From: Candidatus Heimdallarchaeota archaeon
GTDB lineage: Archaea > Asgardarchaeota > Heimdallarchaeia > Hodarchaeales > Hodarchaeaceae
Assembly: GCA_020353515.1 (NCBI GenBank)
Contig: CP070695.1
Location: 2,706,155 to 2,770,154, forward strand
Direction of reading: 5' to 3'
Length of the DNA stretch: 64,000 bases
The notes beneath the pieces were generated by a model. The model searched no databases. It had not been told where the DNA came from and worked only from the letters and a program-made list of their open reading frames with translations. The position numbers and the translations under genes were made by a program. Positions 28,545 through 38,431 of this stretch are shown piece by piece (within the stretch, counting starts at the first letter, position 1; each line of letters starts with the position of its first letter).

Positions 28545-31500
28545 ATGGAACAAATTACTAATGATGATAAATGGAAAGTCCTTAAATCAATGTATAATGA
28601 ATTTGGCCTTGTAAGACAGCACCTATATTCCTTTAACGAATTTGTAGAGACAAAATTGAATGAAATTGTTCAAGAACGGCCAAAAATCGAACCTGATATC
28701 GAGGGTTTTTATGTTAAATTGGAAGGAATTGATGTTGGAGAACCCTCAGTAAGAGAAGCTGATGGCTCAGAGCGTACTATATACCCTATGGAAGCTCGTA
28801 TAAGGAACCTAATTTACTCAGCTCCTTTAAATTTAAAAATGAGACCAGTATATGTAGATGCAGGCATTGAAAGGGAGGAAGAGGTTGTAACAGCCTACAT
28901 TGGTCGATTACCTATTATGTTAAAATCAAAATCCTGCTTATTATATAATCTAGGTCGCGATGAACTAACAAGATTGGGAGAGGATCCAGAGGATCCTGGA
29001 GGGTATTTCATCATTAACGGCTCTGAACGAGTAATTGTAACTCAAGAATACTTAGTTTCAAACAGAGTATTAGTTGACCAAGGACGTAAAGGTTCTTCTA
29101 CAACAGCAGTAGCAAAAGTATTTAGTACAGTTGCAGGTTTTCGTTCTTTGGTTTCCGTTCAACGTCGAAAAGATGGGAGATTATTAGTCAATTTTTTTAG
29201 TGTTCCAAGACCATTACCACTCACAGTTCTCATTAAAGCCTTAGGCGTAACTGTAGATCGAGATATCGCCAATTTAGTTACAGATGACCCTGAACTAATT
29301 CAAGAGTTATTACCAACTCTTCGTGAGGCTGCAGAGATAGTAGATCAAGAAGAAGCTTTAGATTTCATTGGGAAAAGAGTTGCTGTTGGTCAGACAAGAC
29401 AATATCGAATTTTACGGGCAAAACAGGTGTTAGATAACTACTTATTACCTCATGTAGGGAAGGATGAAAGTTTTCGACATCAAAAGGCTCTTTATCTTGC
29501 ACAAATGGCATTAAAAGTAATTGAACTTAACCTTGGACGTATTGAACAAGATGATAAAGATCATTACGCCAATAAACGACTTAAATTGGCTGGGGAGATG
29601 CTTACAAGTCTATTTAGGGTTGCTTTCCATTCATTATACCGAGACATTAAATATCAATTAGAAAAAGGAGCAAGAAGAGGCAAATTACCTAACTTAAGGG
29701 TTGCAATGAGAGCTGATGTTATTACTGAACGAATTCGACATGCTCTTGCTACAGGAAACTGGGTAGGAGGTAAAGCTGGAGTTTCACAGTTATTGGACCG
29801 CACAAACTACATGTCGACTTACAGCCATCTTCGCCGTGTTATAAGTCCATTAATTCGTAGTCAAGCCCATTTTGAGGCACGAGATCTACATGCAACTCAT
29901 TGGGGAAAAATTTGTCCTAACGAGACCCCAGAGGGGCCAAACTGTGGATTAGTCAAAAACCTCGCTATGCAAGCCTATATATCTATTGGGACACCTGAAC
30001 AACCCGTTCGTGATTTTATTTTTCAAAATTGCTCTGTAAAACCTGTTACAGAGGCTATAGATCATCAGGGAGTTCATATTCTTCTTAATGGGAACCTAAT
30101 TGCTACAACACGAGATCCTGAGGAAACTTTTAATTTAATTCGTGAAGCAAGAAGATCCTCTAAACTTTTTCATGAAATTAACCTTGCTTATTTTGAAGAA
30201 AACCGTGTCATTTCGATTAATACTGATGGAGGTCGAGTCCGAAGACCACTTATCATTCTAGATCATGAACTAGATGGTTCAAAAAGAGTTGCCAAACCTC
30301 GGTTAAACCTGATTCATGTTGAAAAACTGAGTAAAGGAGACATTAAGTTTTCTGATCTTCTTAAGGAAGGGATTATAGAATTTCTCGATGCAGAAGAAGA
30401 AGAAAATGCGTTTATTGCAATGACATTAGAAGAAATTCAACCAGAACATACTCATGTAGAAATTTCCCCCTCTGCAATACTCGGAATTTGTGCGTCCATT
30501 ATTCCGTATGCTGAACACAATCAATCACCTCGTAATACATATGAAGCTGGCATGACAAAGCAAGCTTTGGGATTATATGCTTCGAATTTTTATTTTCGTA
30601 CAGACAGGCGTTCACACATCTTACAAGCGCCCCAAATTCCATTAGTTGGTAGTAAATCTATGGACATTATTGGATTTAATGATCGGCCGGCAGGCCAAAA
30701 TTTTGTAGTAGCTATTTTGAGCTTTCAGGGGTACAATATTGAAGACGCAATTATTTTGAATCGGGCTAGTGTTGAAAGGGGCCTCGCCCGTAGTCATTTT
30801 TTTCGATCATACGTTGGCGAAGAGAAGAAATATCTTGGAGGACAAGAGGATCGGTTTGAGATTCCACAAAAAGGAGTACGAGGATATAGAGCAAAAGAAG
30901 TGTATCGCCATCTTAGTGAAGTTGATGGAATTATTGAACCAGAAATTGAAGTGGGTGGAGGCGATATTTTAGTAGGTCGCACATCACGACCTAGATTTCT
31001 GGAGGAATACATTGAACTAGAATCCTTAGAGTCATCAACACCTCAACGACGTGAAACAAGTCTCGCAATTCGTCATGGAGAAAAAGGAATAGTAGATGGT
31101 GTAATATTAACGGAAACATCTGAGGGGAGTACTTTAGTGAAAATAAAAGTAAGAGATCAGCGAACACCTGAATTAGGAGATAAATTCGCTTCTCGTCATG
31201 GGCAAAAAGGAATCATTGGACACATAGTACCTCAAAGGGACATGCCCTTTACTGAAAATGGAATAGTACCTGATCTTATCATAAATCCACATGCAATTCC
31301 AAGTCGAATGACATTAGGGCAAATTATCGAGTGTATGAGTGCGATTGTTGCTTGTTATGATGGAGAACAGATCGACGCCACTTTGTTTGAAGCCCCAGAT
31401 CCCGAAGATATAGCTAGTAGACTGCGTAGCTTAGGTTTTCATCCTTACGCCGAATCAGTAATGTATGATGGAATGACTGGACAGAAACTTCCTGCACGAA

Positions 31501-31919
31501 TTTTTATCGGCCCAACATATTATCAAAAATTACATCATCTTGTTGCAGACAAAATTCATGCACGAGCTAGAGGACCTATCCAAATATTAACTCGACAACC
31601 TACAGAGGGTAGAGCTCGAGAAGGGGGTTTACGATTTGGTGAAATGGAACGTGATTGCTTAATTGGTCATGGTGCAGCTCTTTTATTAAAAGAAAGATTA
31701 TTAGAAGAATCTGACAAAACAGAGATCTTCATTTGTGAAAAGTGTGGATTAATAGCAACTTGGGATCGTAAGAAAGACCAAACATATTGTAATGTCTGTG
31801 GAAACGTTGATACAGGCATTTTTAAGGTTGCAATTTCTTATGCATTCAAATTACTTCTTCAAGAGCTAATGTCTCTTACTATCAAACCCCAACTCATCTT
31901 AACTGATTCAACTCACTAA
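28545..31919 (+). CDS. rpoB: DNA-directed RNA polymerase subunit B (unsplit)
   Basis: GGYFIINGSE, CPNETPEG, GYNIEDA, GDKFASRHGQKG, GGLRFGEMERD. Confidence 0.99.
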   Translation: MEQITNDDKWKVLKSMYNEFGLVRQHLYSFNEFVETKLNEIVQERPKIEPDIEGFYVKLEGIDVGEPSVREADGSERTIYPMEARIRNLIYSAPLNLKMRPVYVDAGIEREEEVVTAYIGRLPIMLKSKSCLLYNLGRDELTRLGEDPEDPGGYFIINGSERVIVTQEYLVSNRVLVDQGRKGSSTTAVAKVFSTVAGFRSLVSVQRRKDGRLLVNFFSVPRPLPLTVLIKALGVTVDRDIANLVTDDPELIQELLPTLREAAEIVDQEEALDFIGKRVAVGQTRQYRILRAKQVLDNYLLPHVGKDESFRHQKALYLAQMALKVIELNLGRIEQDDKDHYANKRLKLAGEMLTSLFRVAFHSLYRDIKYQLEKGARRGKLPNLRVAMRADVITERIRHALATGNWVGGKAGVSQLLDRTNYMSTYSHLRRVISPLIRSQAHFEARDLHATHWGKICPNETPEGPNCGLVKNLAMQAYISIGTPEQPVRDFIFQNCSVKPVTEAIDHQGVHILLNGNLIATTRDPEETFNLIREARRSSKLFHEINLAYFEENRVISINTDGGRVRRPLIILDHELDGSKRVAKPRLNLIHVEKLSKGDIKFSDLLKEGIIEFLDAEEEENAFIAMTLEEIQPEHTHVEISPSAILGICASIIPYAEHNQSPRNTYEAGMTKQALGLYASNFYFRTDRRSHILQAPQIPLVGSKSMDIIGFNDRPAGQNFVVAILSFQGYNIEDAIILNRASVERGLARSHFFRSYVGEEKKYLGGQEDRFEIPQKGVRGYRAKEVYRHLSEVDGIIEPEIEVGGGDILVGRTSRPRFLEEYIELESLESSTPQRRETSLAIRHGEKGIVDGVILTETSEGSTLVKIKVRDQRTPELGDKFASRHGQKGIIGHIVPQRDMPFTENGIVPDLIINPHAIPSRMTLGQIIECMSAIVACYDGEQIDATLFEAPDPEDIASRLRSLGFHPYAESVMYDGMTGQKLPARIFIGPTYYQKLHHLVADKIHARARGPIQILTRQPTEGRAREGGLRFGEMERDCLIGHGAALLLKERLLEESDKTEIFICEKCGLIATWDRKKDQTYCNVCGNVDTGIFKVAISYAFKLLLQELMSLTIKPQLILTDSTH

Positions 31920-31924
31920 ATAAA

Positions 31925-32131
31925 GTGGAAAAAATGTCATTAGATAGTAGTAGAATAGGAACAGCAAGTTTCTATAAAAGAGCAATTCGAATTTTGAAGC
32001 TGGCTAAAAGACCAGATAGATCAGAAGTTTTCCTAGTCATTAAGATTACTGTTGCTGGAATGGCAATTCTTGGACTTATTGCATATGTGATTCGATTTGT
32101 ACTTGCTGCTGTATTACAACAAGAAATGTAA
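31925..32131 (+). CDS. secE: Translocon subunit SecE/Sec61-gamma
   Basis: RILKLAKRPDRSE followed by one TM helix; upstream of spt5. Confidence 0.9.
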   Translation: MEKMSLDSSRIGTASFYKRAIRILKLAKRPDRSEVFLVIKITVAGMAILGLIAYVIRFVLAAVLQQEM

Positions 32132-32160
32132 TCATCAATCCTTACAGTGTATTCTAGAAT

Positions 32161-32643
32161 GTGATCAGATTGCTTGAAAAAGTTGGGATATATTGCTTCA
32201 AGGTGAAGAAGGGACAAGAATTCAATGCAGCTGAAGCTGTTGCAAACCGTGCAGAGATTAATCAACTTGATATTAAAACAGTTTTAGTAACGGAGATACA
32301 AGGCTACATTTTTATCGAAGGAGATGTTCAAGACATTACTCGTGCTGTTGATAGTGCTCATTACATTGGAAAACAATTAGGTCGGGTTCCAGTTTCAGAA
32401 TTGGAAGGACACCTTATACCGACACCTGTAATCGAAGGGTTGAAAACAAATGATATTGTTGAGATCATTGATGGCCCATTCAAAGGTAGTCGGGCAAAAA
32501 TTTCCTCAATATACCACGCCCGAGAAGAAATTACTGTCGATCTACTTACTAGCAGTGTTACTATCCCAATTGTCCTTCATGCTGATTCAGTAAAACTTAT
32601 ACAACCCAGTGAGGAAGAACAGGACGAGGATAGTGAGTTTTAA
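32161..32643 (+). CDS. spt5: Transcription elongation factor Spt5/NusG
   Basis: GQE, GYIFIEG NGN domain; VEIIDGPFKG KOW motif. Confidence 0.93.
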   Translation: MIRLLEKVGIYCFKVKKGQEFNAAEAVANRAEINQLDIKTVLVTEIQGYIFIEGDVQDITRAVDSAHYIGKQLGRVPVSELEGHLIPTPVIEGLKTNDIVEIIDGPFKGSRAKISSIYHAREEITVDLLTSSVTIPIVLHADSVKLIQPSEEEQDEDSEF

Positions 32644-32847
32644 AATATTATTCTTAATAAGTCGAATAAACTAATTATAGAAAAAGATGTTTGATTGACT
32701 ATTAGCCATAAGTTATTGATTTCAATTAATGATAATTAACATTACTTATTAATATTAAGAAAAAAAGCCCATTTGTCGAGTATAAAGCACAGGAGTGCGT
32801 AGGCCGAAAGAAGTAACTGGGAAAAAGACAATTCAAAGGTGATCATA

Positions 32848-33747
32848 ATGGCTATATCTGTAATCCGCTCAGAAACAAGACAAAAAAGGAAGAGGGGGCA
32901 GATTGATACGATAGTTGACTTAACAGAACAGAACTCAGTTATTGGTCTGGTTAATCTAAGTGGAATAAGTTCAAAGGCCCTTCAAGGGATTCGTTCTTTA
33001 ATGCGATCTGGAGAAGTTGAAGCAATAATAAAAGTAGCTAAGAATACTATTAAAACATTAGCTCTGGAGAAAACCAATAAGAAAGATCTTGTTAAGCTTA
33101 TTCCCCATATAAACGGTTCTTGTGCCATAATTTTCACAAATACTAATCCTTTCAAGCTTCAAAAATTCCTGAATCGAAATCAAGTTCCTGCTCCTGCGAA
33201 AGCTGGTCAGATATCACCTGTTGATGTTTTTATTCCAGAAGGTCTAACAAATTTGGATCCTGGGCCTATTATAGGAGAACTCGGATCTGTTGGGTTACAA
33301 ACAAGAATTGAGAAAGGAAAGATTAGGATTTCAAAAACAGCTAAAGTTCTATCAAAAAATGATATCGTGACGGAAGCTCATGCAACAGTACTCGCTCGTT
33401 TAGGAATACAACCCTTTAAAGTAGGATTAAAGCTGAATACAGTAATAGAAAGTGGGGAGTTGATTGATGGAAGTGTTCTCGATATAGATGAGGATCAAAT
33501 TATCTCAGATTTGCAACAAGCTAGTTTAAATGCCTTGATATTAGCCGTTAATCCCAATATCGTGTATTATTCTGTCACAGCAACACCATTTCTGTTGAAA
33601 ACAGCCATTTCTCAAGCTATGGCATTATCTCTATCGTGTAATTATGTAACAGAAAAAACAGTGGATTTGATCTTGCTGAAAACTGTGAAACAAGCTGAAC
33701 TATTAAAAAAGGAAGCATTAAAAGAAAATTCAGAATTGAAGTTTTAA
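32848..33747 (+). CDS. rpl10: 50S ribosomal protein L10 (uL10/P0)
   Basis: KVAKNT, FTNTNPFKL, APAKAG, T.LDPGP, LGIQP; ATG 32848 after AGGTGA. Confidence 0.93.
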   Translation: MAISVIRSETRQKRKRGQIDTIVDLTEQNSVIGLVNLSGISSKALQGIRSLMRSGEVEAIIKVAKNTIKTLALEKTNKKDLVKLIPHINGSCAIIFTNTNPFKLQKFLNRNQVPAPAKAGQISPVDVFIPEGLTNLDPGPIIGELGSVGLQTRIEKGKIRISKTAKVLSKNDIVTEAHATVLARLGIQPFKVGLKLNTVIESGELIDGSVLDIDEDQIISDLQQASLNALILAVNPNIVYYSVTATPFLLKTAISQAMALSLSCNYVTEKTVDLILLKTVKQAELLKKEALKENSELKF

Positions 33748-33844
33748 TAAACCTAATGTAGAAGATTTGAAGCCAATAACTTTCAATACAATATTTACTT
33801 AATTATCTCTCATGAGACATTGGGGGGAATCAAAGTTTCTTACA

Positions 33845-34777
33845 CTAATTTTTTGACTTTATTAACTCATTAACATACTTTTCAGCTTGAAATAGTTCTA
33901 GATCTGTATATTTTTGGCCATTTCCAATGAAAAGAACGGGGACTCCATCAGTAGCGTAAGTTACGGATAATAAAGCTCCTCCACGAGCATCAGCGTCCAT
34001 TTTTGCAAGAATAATTCCATCTAGAGGGATTTCTTTATGAAAATCCTTTGCTTGTTCTGTTGCGTCATTTCCTGCTAAAGCGTCCACAACTAGTATCGTG
34101 TAATTTGGATTTGTGACACGATGAATCTTCTTCATTTCTTCCATTAAATCCCGATTTACAGCCATTCGGCCAGAAGTATCAATCATAACAACATCAGCAT
34201 ACTTCGCTTTTGCATGAGCAATTGCATCATAAGCTACAGCTGCAGAATCACTACCATATTTTCCTTTTATTAATTTAACACCAAGCCTATTTGCATGAAC
34301 CTCCAACTGTTCTTGTGCTCCTGAACGAAAAGTATCACTTGCAGCGAGAACTACATGGAATCCTTCTTTTTTCAATAGATAAGCTATTTTTGCTATTGTA
34401 GTTGTTTTGCCAGTGCCATTTATTCCTAGGAATAAGAGTATTAAAGGATCTTTTGAAGATATTTGAGTGGAAGACTTTTGGTGTTGGTTAATTATCTCGA
34501 CGAGATTCAAAGGTTCTTTAGGGGTAATAAGATCAAGAATGATCTCTTTTGCGAAGACAGGGATCATTTTTGAGAGATCGCTGAATCTTTTTGCACGTTT
34601 CCCGAGCATCTTATTAGTAAGTTTCTTTGAAATCTGTTTAGCTACTTTTAAGGAGACATCATTTGCTATCAATATTAATTCGAATTCTCGAACTGCTTTT
34701 CGGATATTTTTTTCATTGATTTCATACGTAGAAACTTTTCTGAGGAATTTTTCCACTCCTTTTTTTAAGGATGACAA
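33845..34777 (-). CDS. ftsY: SRP receptor FtsY (NG domain only)
   Basis: GINGTGKTTTIAK, DTFRSGA, DTSGR, AKMDADARGG. Confidence 0.96.
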   Translation of the reverse strand: MSSLKKGVEKFLRKVSTYEINEKNIRKAVREFELILIANDVSLKVAKQISKKLTNKMLGKRAKRFSDLSKMIPVFAKEIILDLITPKEPLNLVEIINQHQKSSTQISSKDPLILLFLGINGTGKTTTIAKIAYLLKKEGFHVVLAASDTFRSGAQEQLEVHANRLGVKLIKGKYGSDSAAVAYDAIAHAKAKYADVVMIDTSGRMAVNRDLMEEMKKIHRVTNPNYTILVVDALAGNDATEQAKDFHKEIPLDGIILAKMDADARGGALLSVTYATDGVPVLFIGNGQKYTDLELFQAEKYVNELIKSKN

Positions 34778-34883
34778 TCTAAAAAAAAACCTCCAAAAAT
34801 AGACCGATCTGTTTTCTTACCAATAATTCTAACCTTAAGAAAGAAATTGATTTTTGATCTCTTTTAATGAAGTGTTCTTTTCA

Positions 34884-35327
34884 TCAGAAGAACTGATATT
34901 TTTGAGCGATCTTAAGTAGTTCTTGTCTTTCTGAGTTTAATTTTTGAGACAATTGAGAGTGTTGTTCTTGGAGTTGTTTCATACTATTCTCTAAATTTTC
35001 AATTTGAGATTTATTTCGTTCCTCCGAGTCTATCAATTCTGTGTGAAGTGTAATTCCTGACCCCAAAGATATATATGTCTTATGTGGATCTTTTATCATA
35101 CAAAGAATCAGATTAGAACCACCAATTGGGATTAAAATTTCATCTCCAGGTTTTTTCGTTTTAAGCTCGTTTTGTGTTTTTATTGCGTCATTTAGAGAAT
35201 TCATAGCTCTGTAAATAAGATTTACTTGTTGTTCTATTGCAGCAATGTTTGCCTGTAACTGGTCAATATTTTCTTGAAGTTCCCTTACACGTGATATCGC
35301 TTCATTAGGTATAGTTGATCCTGACAT
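34884..35327 (-). CDS. pfdA: Prefoldin alpha subunit
   Basis: Coiled coils flanking EILIPIGG...ISLGSG; conserved position between LX and ftsY. Confidence 0.9.
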   Translation of the reverse strand: MSGSTIPNEAISRVRELQENIDQLQANIAAIEQQVNLIYRAMNSLNDAIKTQNELKTKKPGDEILIPIGGSNLILCMIKDPHKTYISLGSGITLHTELIDSEERNKSQIENLENSMKQLQEQHSQLSQKLNSERQELLKIAQKYQFF

Positions 35328-35330
35328 CCA

Positions 35331-35597
35331 TCAATCCTCATATGGAATCTTAAAATCAGTAGTTACAAGTTTTTGTACAAAGGGATCTGTAATATCTTCT
35401 TGGGAAATCTCATTAATTGAAGTGATTCGAATTTGGCCTCTTTTTAGCCGATTTCGGCTCCCAAACTCTGAAAAAAGTTTATCCTTAGCCTGTTCTTCTG
35501 TTAAAGCGCATAATTCTTTGGAAAAAGATGTCGTTTGCCGTCTTTGCTTGAAAAATCCCGAAATTCTAAAGATTTTAACAGATACTTCATTTTTCAT
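35331..35597 (-). CDS. rpl18a: 50S ribosomal protein eL20 (L18a/LX)
   Basis: IFRISG, FSKE, SEFGSRNRLKR..I.I. Confidence 0.92.
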   Translation of the reverse strand: MKNEVSVKIFRISGFFKQRRQTTSFSKELCALTEEQAKDKLFSEFGSRNRLKRGQIRITSINEISQEDITDPFVQKLVTTDFKIPYED

Positions 35598-35696
35598 GTT
35601 ATCTCTCTCTTTACTTGGATTGTGTTTTCAATTTATTTCGTTTTTTTCATTTCTTTAAATTAAATTCGTAGTTAATTCAAAATTTATTTTGATTCA

Positions 35697-36347
35697 TTAA
35701 GAGAAGCAGCGTGTTATTTCCATCGTTTCAATACCCGTTGTTTCCCGCCCAACCAATAACCCCTTAGTATTTCCAATTATTCCAGAGGCAACAAATTCAG
35801 AGCCCTTGTTAACGCTTCCTACCCCGACCTGCTGCAGATGGAGTATTTCCTTCATTTCAATTATTTCTTCTTCACTCGCAAGCGGTGTAAACAATCCTCC
35901 ATTATTTGTGACAAATGCAAGACTTCCAACTAAGTCTGAATTAGCAATTGTTCTTGCTTCTAGAGGAATATTCAAAGTGTCAGATATTGCTTTTTGTATT
36001 GGGAGGGGGACAATAGGAGAGATTAAACCACCAAAATCGTTAACAAGAACAACATTACCAAATGCAAAGAATTCCGAAGACTGGTAAATCGGAAGATCTG
36101 CTGATTTTAGTTCATTCAAAACCTCTGAACTAAGTACACTTGAAACAATGCTTCCAAAAGAATTTCCAACAGCTAAAGAACCAATGATACTATCTGAAAC
36201 TTGAGTAATTTCGACTTTCAAAGCCCTATGTACAAGATTTTGTAGATTTAATGGTGTATTGTGTGGAATAAACGCATTATTTTCTGTACATAGCATTTTG
36301 ACTCCAATATGAATACTACCAAGAAAGTCGACAAACTCAATTTCCAC
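35697..36347 (-). CDS. eif6: Translation initiation factor aIF6
   Basis: Repeated GS/GN..xxN..G units, GSVNKGS; conserved operon position. Confidence 0.92.
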   Translation of the reverse strand: MEIEFVDFLGSIHIGVKMLCTENNAFIPHNTPLNLQNLVHRALKVEITQVSDSIIGSLAVGNSFGSIVSSVLSSEVLNELKSADLPIYQSSEFFAFGNVVLVNDFGGLISPIVPLPIQKAISDTLNIPLEARTIANSDLVGSLAFVTNNGGLFTPLASEEEIIEMKEILHLQQVGVGSVNKGSEFVASGIIGNTKGLLVGRETTGIETMEITRCFS

Positions 36348-36397
36348 GGTTTTAAAACTCCCAAAAATTAATTCAAGAATAGATGAAAAGCATTATT

Positions 36398-36679
36398 TCA
36401 TCCGAGATATACTGTTACAATATCATCTTCCGTTTTTACAGCTCGAATTCGAATTTTTCTGGGGGGATTTTGAATCCCTCTAGCCCATATATACTCATTC
36501 ACTTCAGGGTCGATGATGACATCTTCACAGCGAAGATGACGTTTAATAAAAGTTCTGAGATGCCGTACCGCTCTTGGAGTTCTTTTAGGACGAGGAATCC
36601 GTCGGCCATAAATCGTTTTACCAAAAGGAATCGTATAAATCCTTTCCTCGATTATTGAATCTGCTGGAGTTTCACTCAT
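36398..36679 (-). CDS. rpl31e: 50S ribosomal protein eL31
   Basis: ERIYTIP, RAV, VNEYIWARGIQNPPRKIRIR. Confidence 0.96.
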   Translation of the reverse strand: MSETPADSIIEERIYTIPFGKTIYGRRIPRPKRTPRAVRHLRTFIKRHLRCEDVIIDPEVNEYIWARGIQNPPRKIRIRAVKTEDDIVTVYLG

Positions 36680-36696
36680 TTATTTTCCCTCTTTAT

Positions 36697-36852
36697 TTAA
36701 GGTTTTATTTTTGTAGATCGCCATCGTCGTTTTTTAGGATGAGTAGTCACTTTTCGGGATGTTTTCATAATTACCCATGTAGGAACAGTGGAATTTGAAG
36801 CTCCTTTCTTAGCAAGCCGTAATTTTTTCGCATAGGGCTTATTTCGCGCCAT
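36697..36852 (-). CDS. rpl39e: 50S ribosomal protein eL39 (not in ORF track)
   Basis: Hand translation [51 protein letters not shown] (51 aa), upstream of eL31. Confidence 0.95.
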   Translation of the reverse strand: MARNKPYAKKLRLAKKGASNSTVPTWVIMKTSRKVTTHPKKRRWRSTKIKP

Positions 36853-36864
36853 CTATTTATCTCC

Positions 36865-37524
36865 TTATGTTCTCTCTAGTCTTATAGAGGGACCCATTGT
36901 GGTTTTAAAATTAACAGAATTAATTTGAACGACTCCTTTTGGTAATGTTGCTGTTAATGTTTGTAATATAGTATTAGCGTTCTCTGCTAGGGCTTTGTTG
37001 TCATGATCAGCCTTTCCGATCTTTGTATTAATTACAGGGGTTGATTTTAATCTTAATTTCACTGTACGTTTGTATCTTTCAACGAACTTATCAATTTCAA
37101 CTCTTGGAGGTATTGGTTTAGGCATTTTTCCTCTTGGACCTAGTATTTTGCCAAGGAATTTCGCAACAATAGGCATAAGTTGGGGTTCTGCCAGGAAAAA
37201 TGAGAACTGATTAGCGATCTTCTTTGCATTCTTTGGTTCTTTAGCTAATCTTTCTATTTCTTCGCGACTAAAAGTCGTTAGACCAGAGTCCTTAGATTTA
37301 GTGGCAATATCTCCTTCTGCAAAAACGGCAACACTAGATTTGCCTCCCAAATCATTTGGAACTAAGGTTTCTAAATTGATTCTGTTTGCAGGATTCTTCA
37401 AATCAATATCACGCAAGCCAATTGAGATTTCGATAGTTTCGGTAAATTTTCTTTGTTTTCTCTCATTACTTTTAGTTTTGGCCTGAGATATTGCTTCTTC
37501 CAGTTGATTTGGTGTATAGGACAT
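36865..37524 (-). CDS. rpl1: 50S ribosomal protein uL1
   Basis: RKFTETIEI, LGKILGPRGKMPKP, KTTMGP. Confidence 0.96.
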   Translation of the reverse strand: MSYTPNQLEEAISQAKTKSNERKQRKFTETIEISIGLRDIDLKNPANRINLETLVPNDLGGKSSVAVFAEGDIATKSKDSGLTTFSREEIERLAKEPKNAKKIANQFSFFLAEPQLMPIVAKFLGKILGPRGKMPKPIPPRVEIDKFVERYKRTVKLRLKSTPVINTKIGKADHDNKALAENANTILQTLTATLPKGVVQINSVNFKTTMGPSIRLERT

Positions 37525-37955
37525 GGATAATTCCCTTTTAGAGTATTATTTAGACTTCTTTGATGTTTATAATCCAATACAAGGTTTTTTAGTATAGTTT
37601 TTTGTGTGTTTTGAGATAACCAATTAATTACTGTGGGAGAATTTTTTTCCCCAATCTACCCGTCTATAATTCCTAAATGTGAAGATCCTGTCCCTCTTGT
37701 GGGAGCTAGAATCATTAGAAATGCTGTATACTGAGATACAAACCAAAATTAAGGGTGAAAATATATACTTGAGCTAGTCCCAACATTCCTCGACCGCTTT
37801 TTCTATTGACTGGCAAAAGTATAAGGATAAATAGTTTTTCAATATATGGATCAAAATTCTTAATTCATAAATAAAATCTCCACCAATTAGTTAGTTTCAG
37901 GATAAATCTTATTTTAAAATTATTATTTCAACCAACAATTAATTGTGTGAACAAA

Positions 37956-38429
37956 ATGGCTAAAACCATTGAAGCATTAGTAGACGCAGGACAAGCAAGT
38001 CCTGGTCCGCCTCTGGGACCTGCTTTAGGCCCTTTAGGTGTTAATATCAAAGCTGTCATTGATGAAATAAATAAAAAAACTCAACAGTTTAAAGGGATGA
38101 AAGTCCCTGTTAAGGTAGAGGTAGATGATTCACGAAACTTTTCTATAGAGGTAGGTGTTCCCCCTACATCTTCACTATTACTTAGGGAAGCAGGAGTGGA
38201 AAAAGGAAGTGGCACTCCAAATACTGAAAAAGTAGGAAATTTAACTTTTGATCAATGTATTAGAGTTGCCCAAATGAAACACGAATCCATGTTAGCGATA
38301 AATTTACGCTCTGCGGTGAAGGAGGTCGTAGGAACTTGTATATCAATGGGATTAACAATAGATAATGAGGATCCAAAAGTAATAATTGACTCTATCAATA
38401 AAGGAAGTTTCGATAATTTTTTTGAATAA
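37956..38429 (+). CDS. rpl11: 50S ribosomal protein uL11
   Basis: GQASPGPPLGPALGPLG, PPTSSLL, GTCISMG. Confidence 0.97.
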   Translation: MAKTIEALVDAGQASPGPPLGPALGPLGVNIKAVIDEINKKTQQFKGMKVPVKVEVDDSRNFSIEVGVPPTSSLLLREAGVEKGSGTPNTEKVGNLTFDQCIRVAQMKHESMLAINLRSAVKEVVGTCISMGLTIDNEDPKVIIDSINKGSFDNFFE

Positions 38430-38431
38430 TT

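Noticed and set aside
32773-32829. Possible L10/L1-binding leader (GCAC-AGGA-GTGC hairpin then GTAGG)
   Set aside because: Only a 4-bp stem and vague resemblance to known leaders; cannot be supported without covariance
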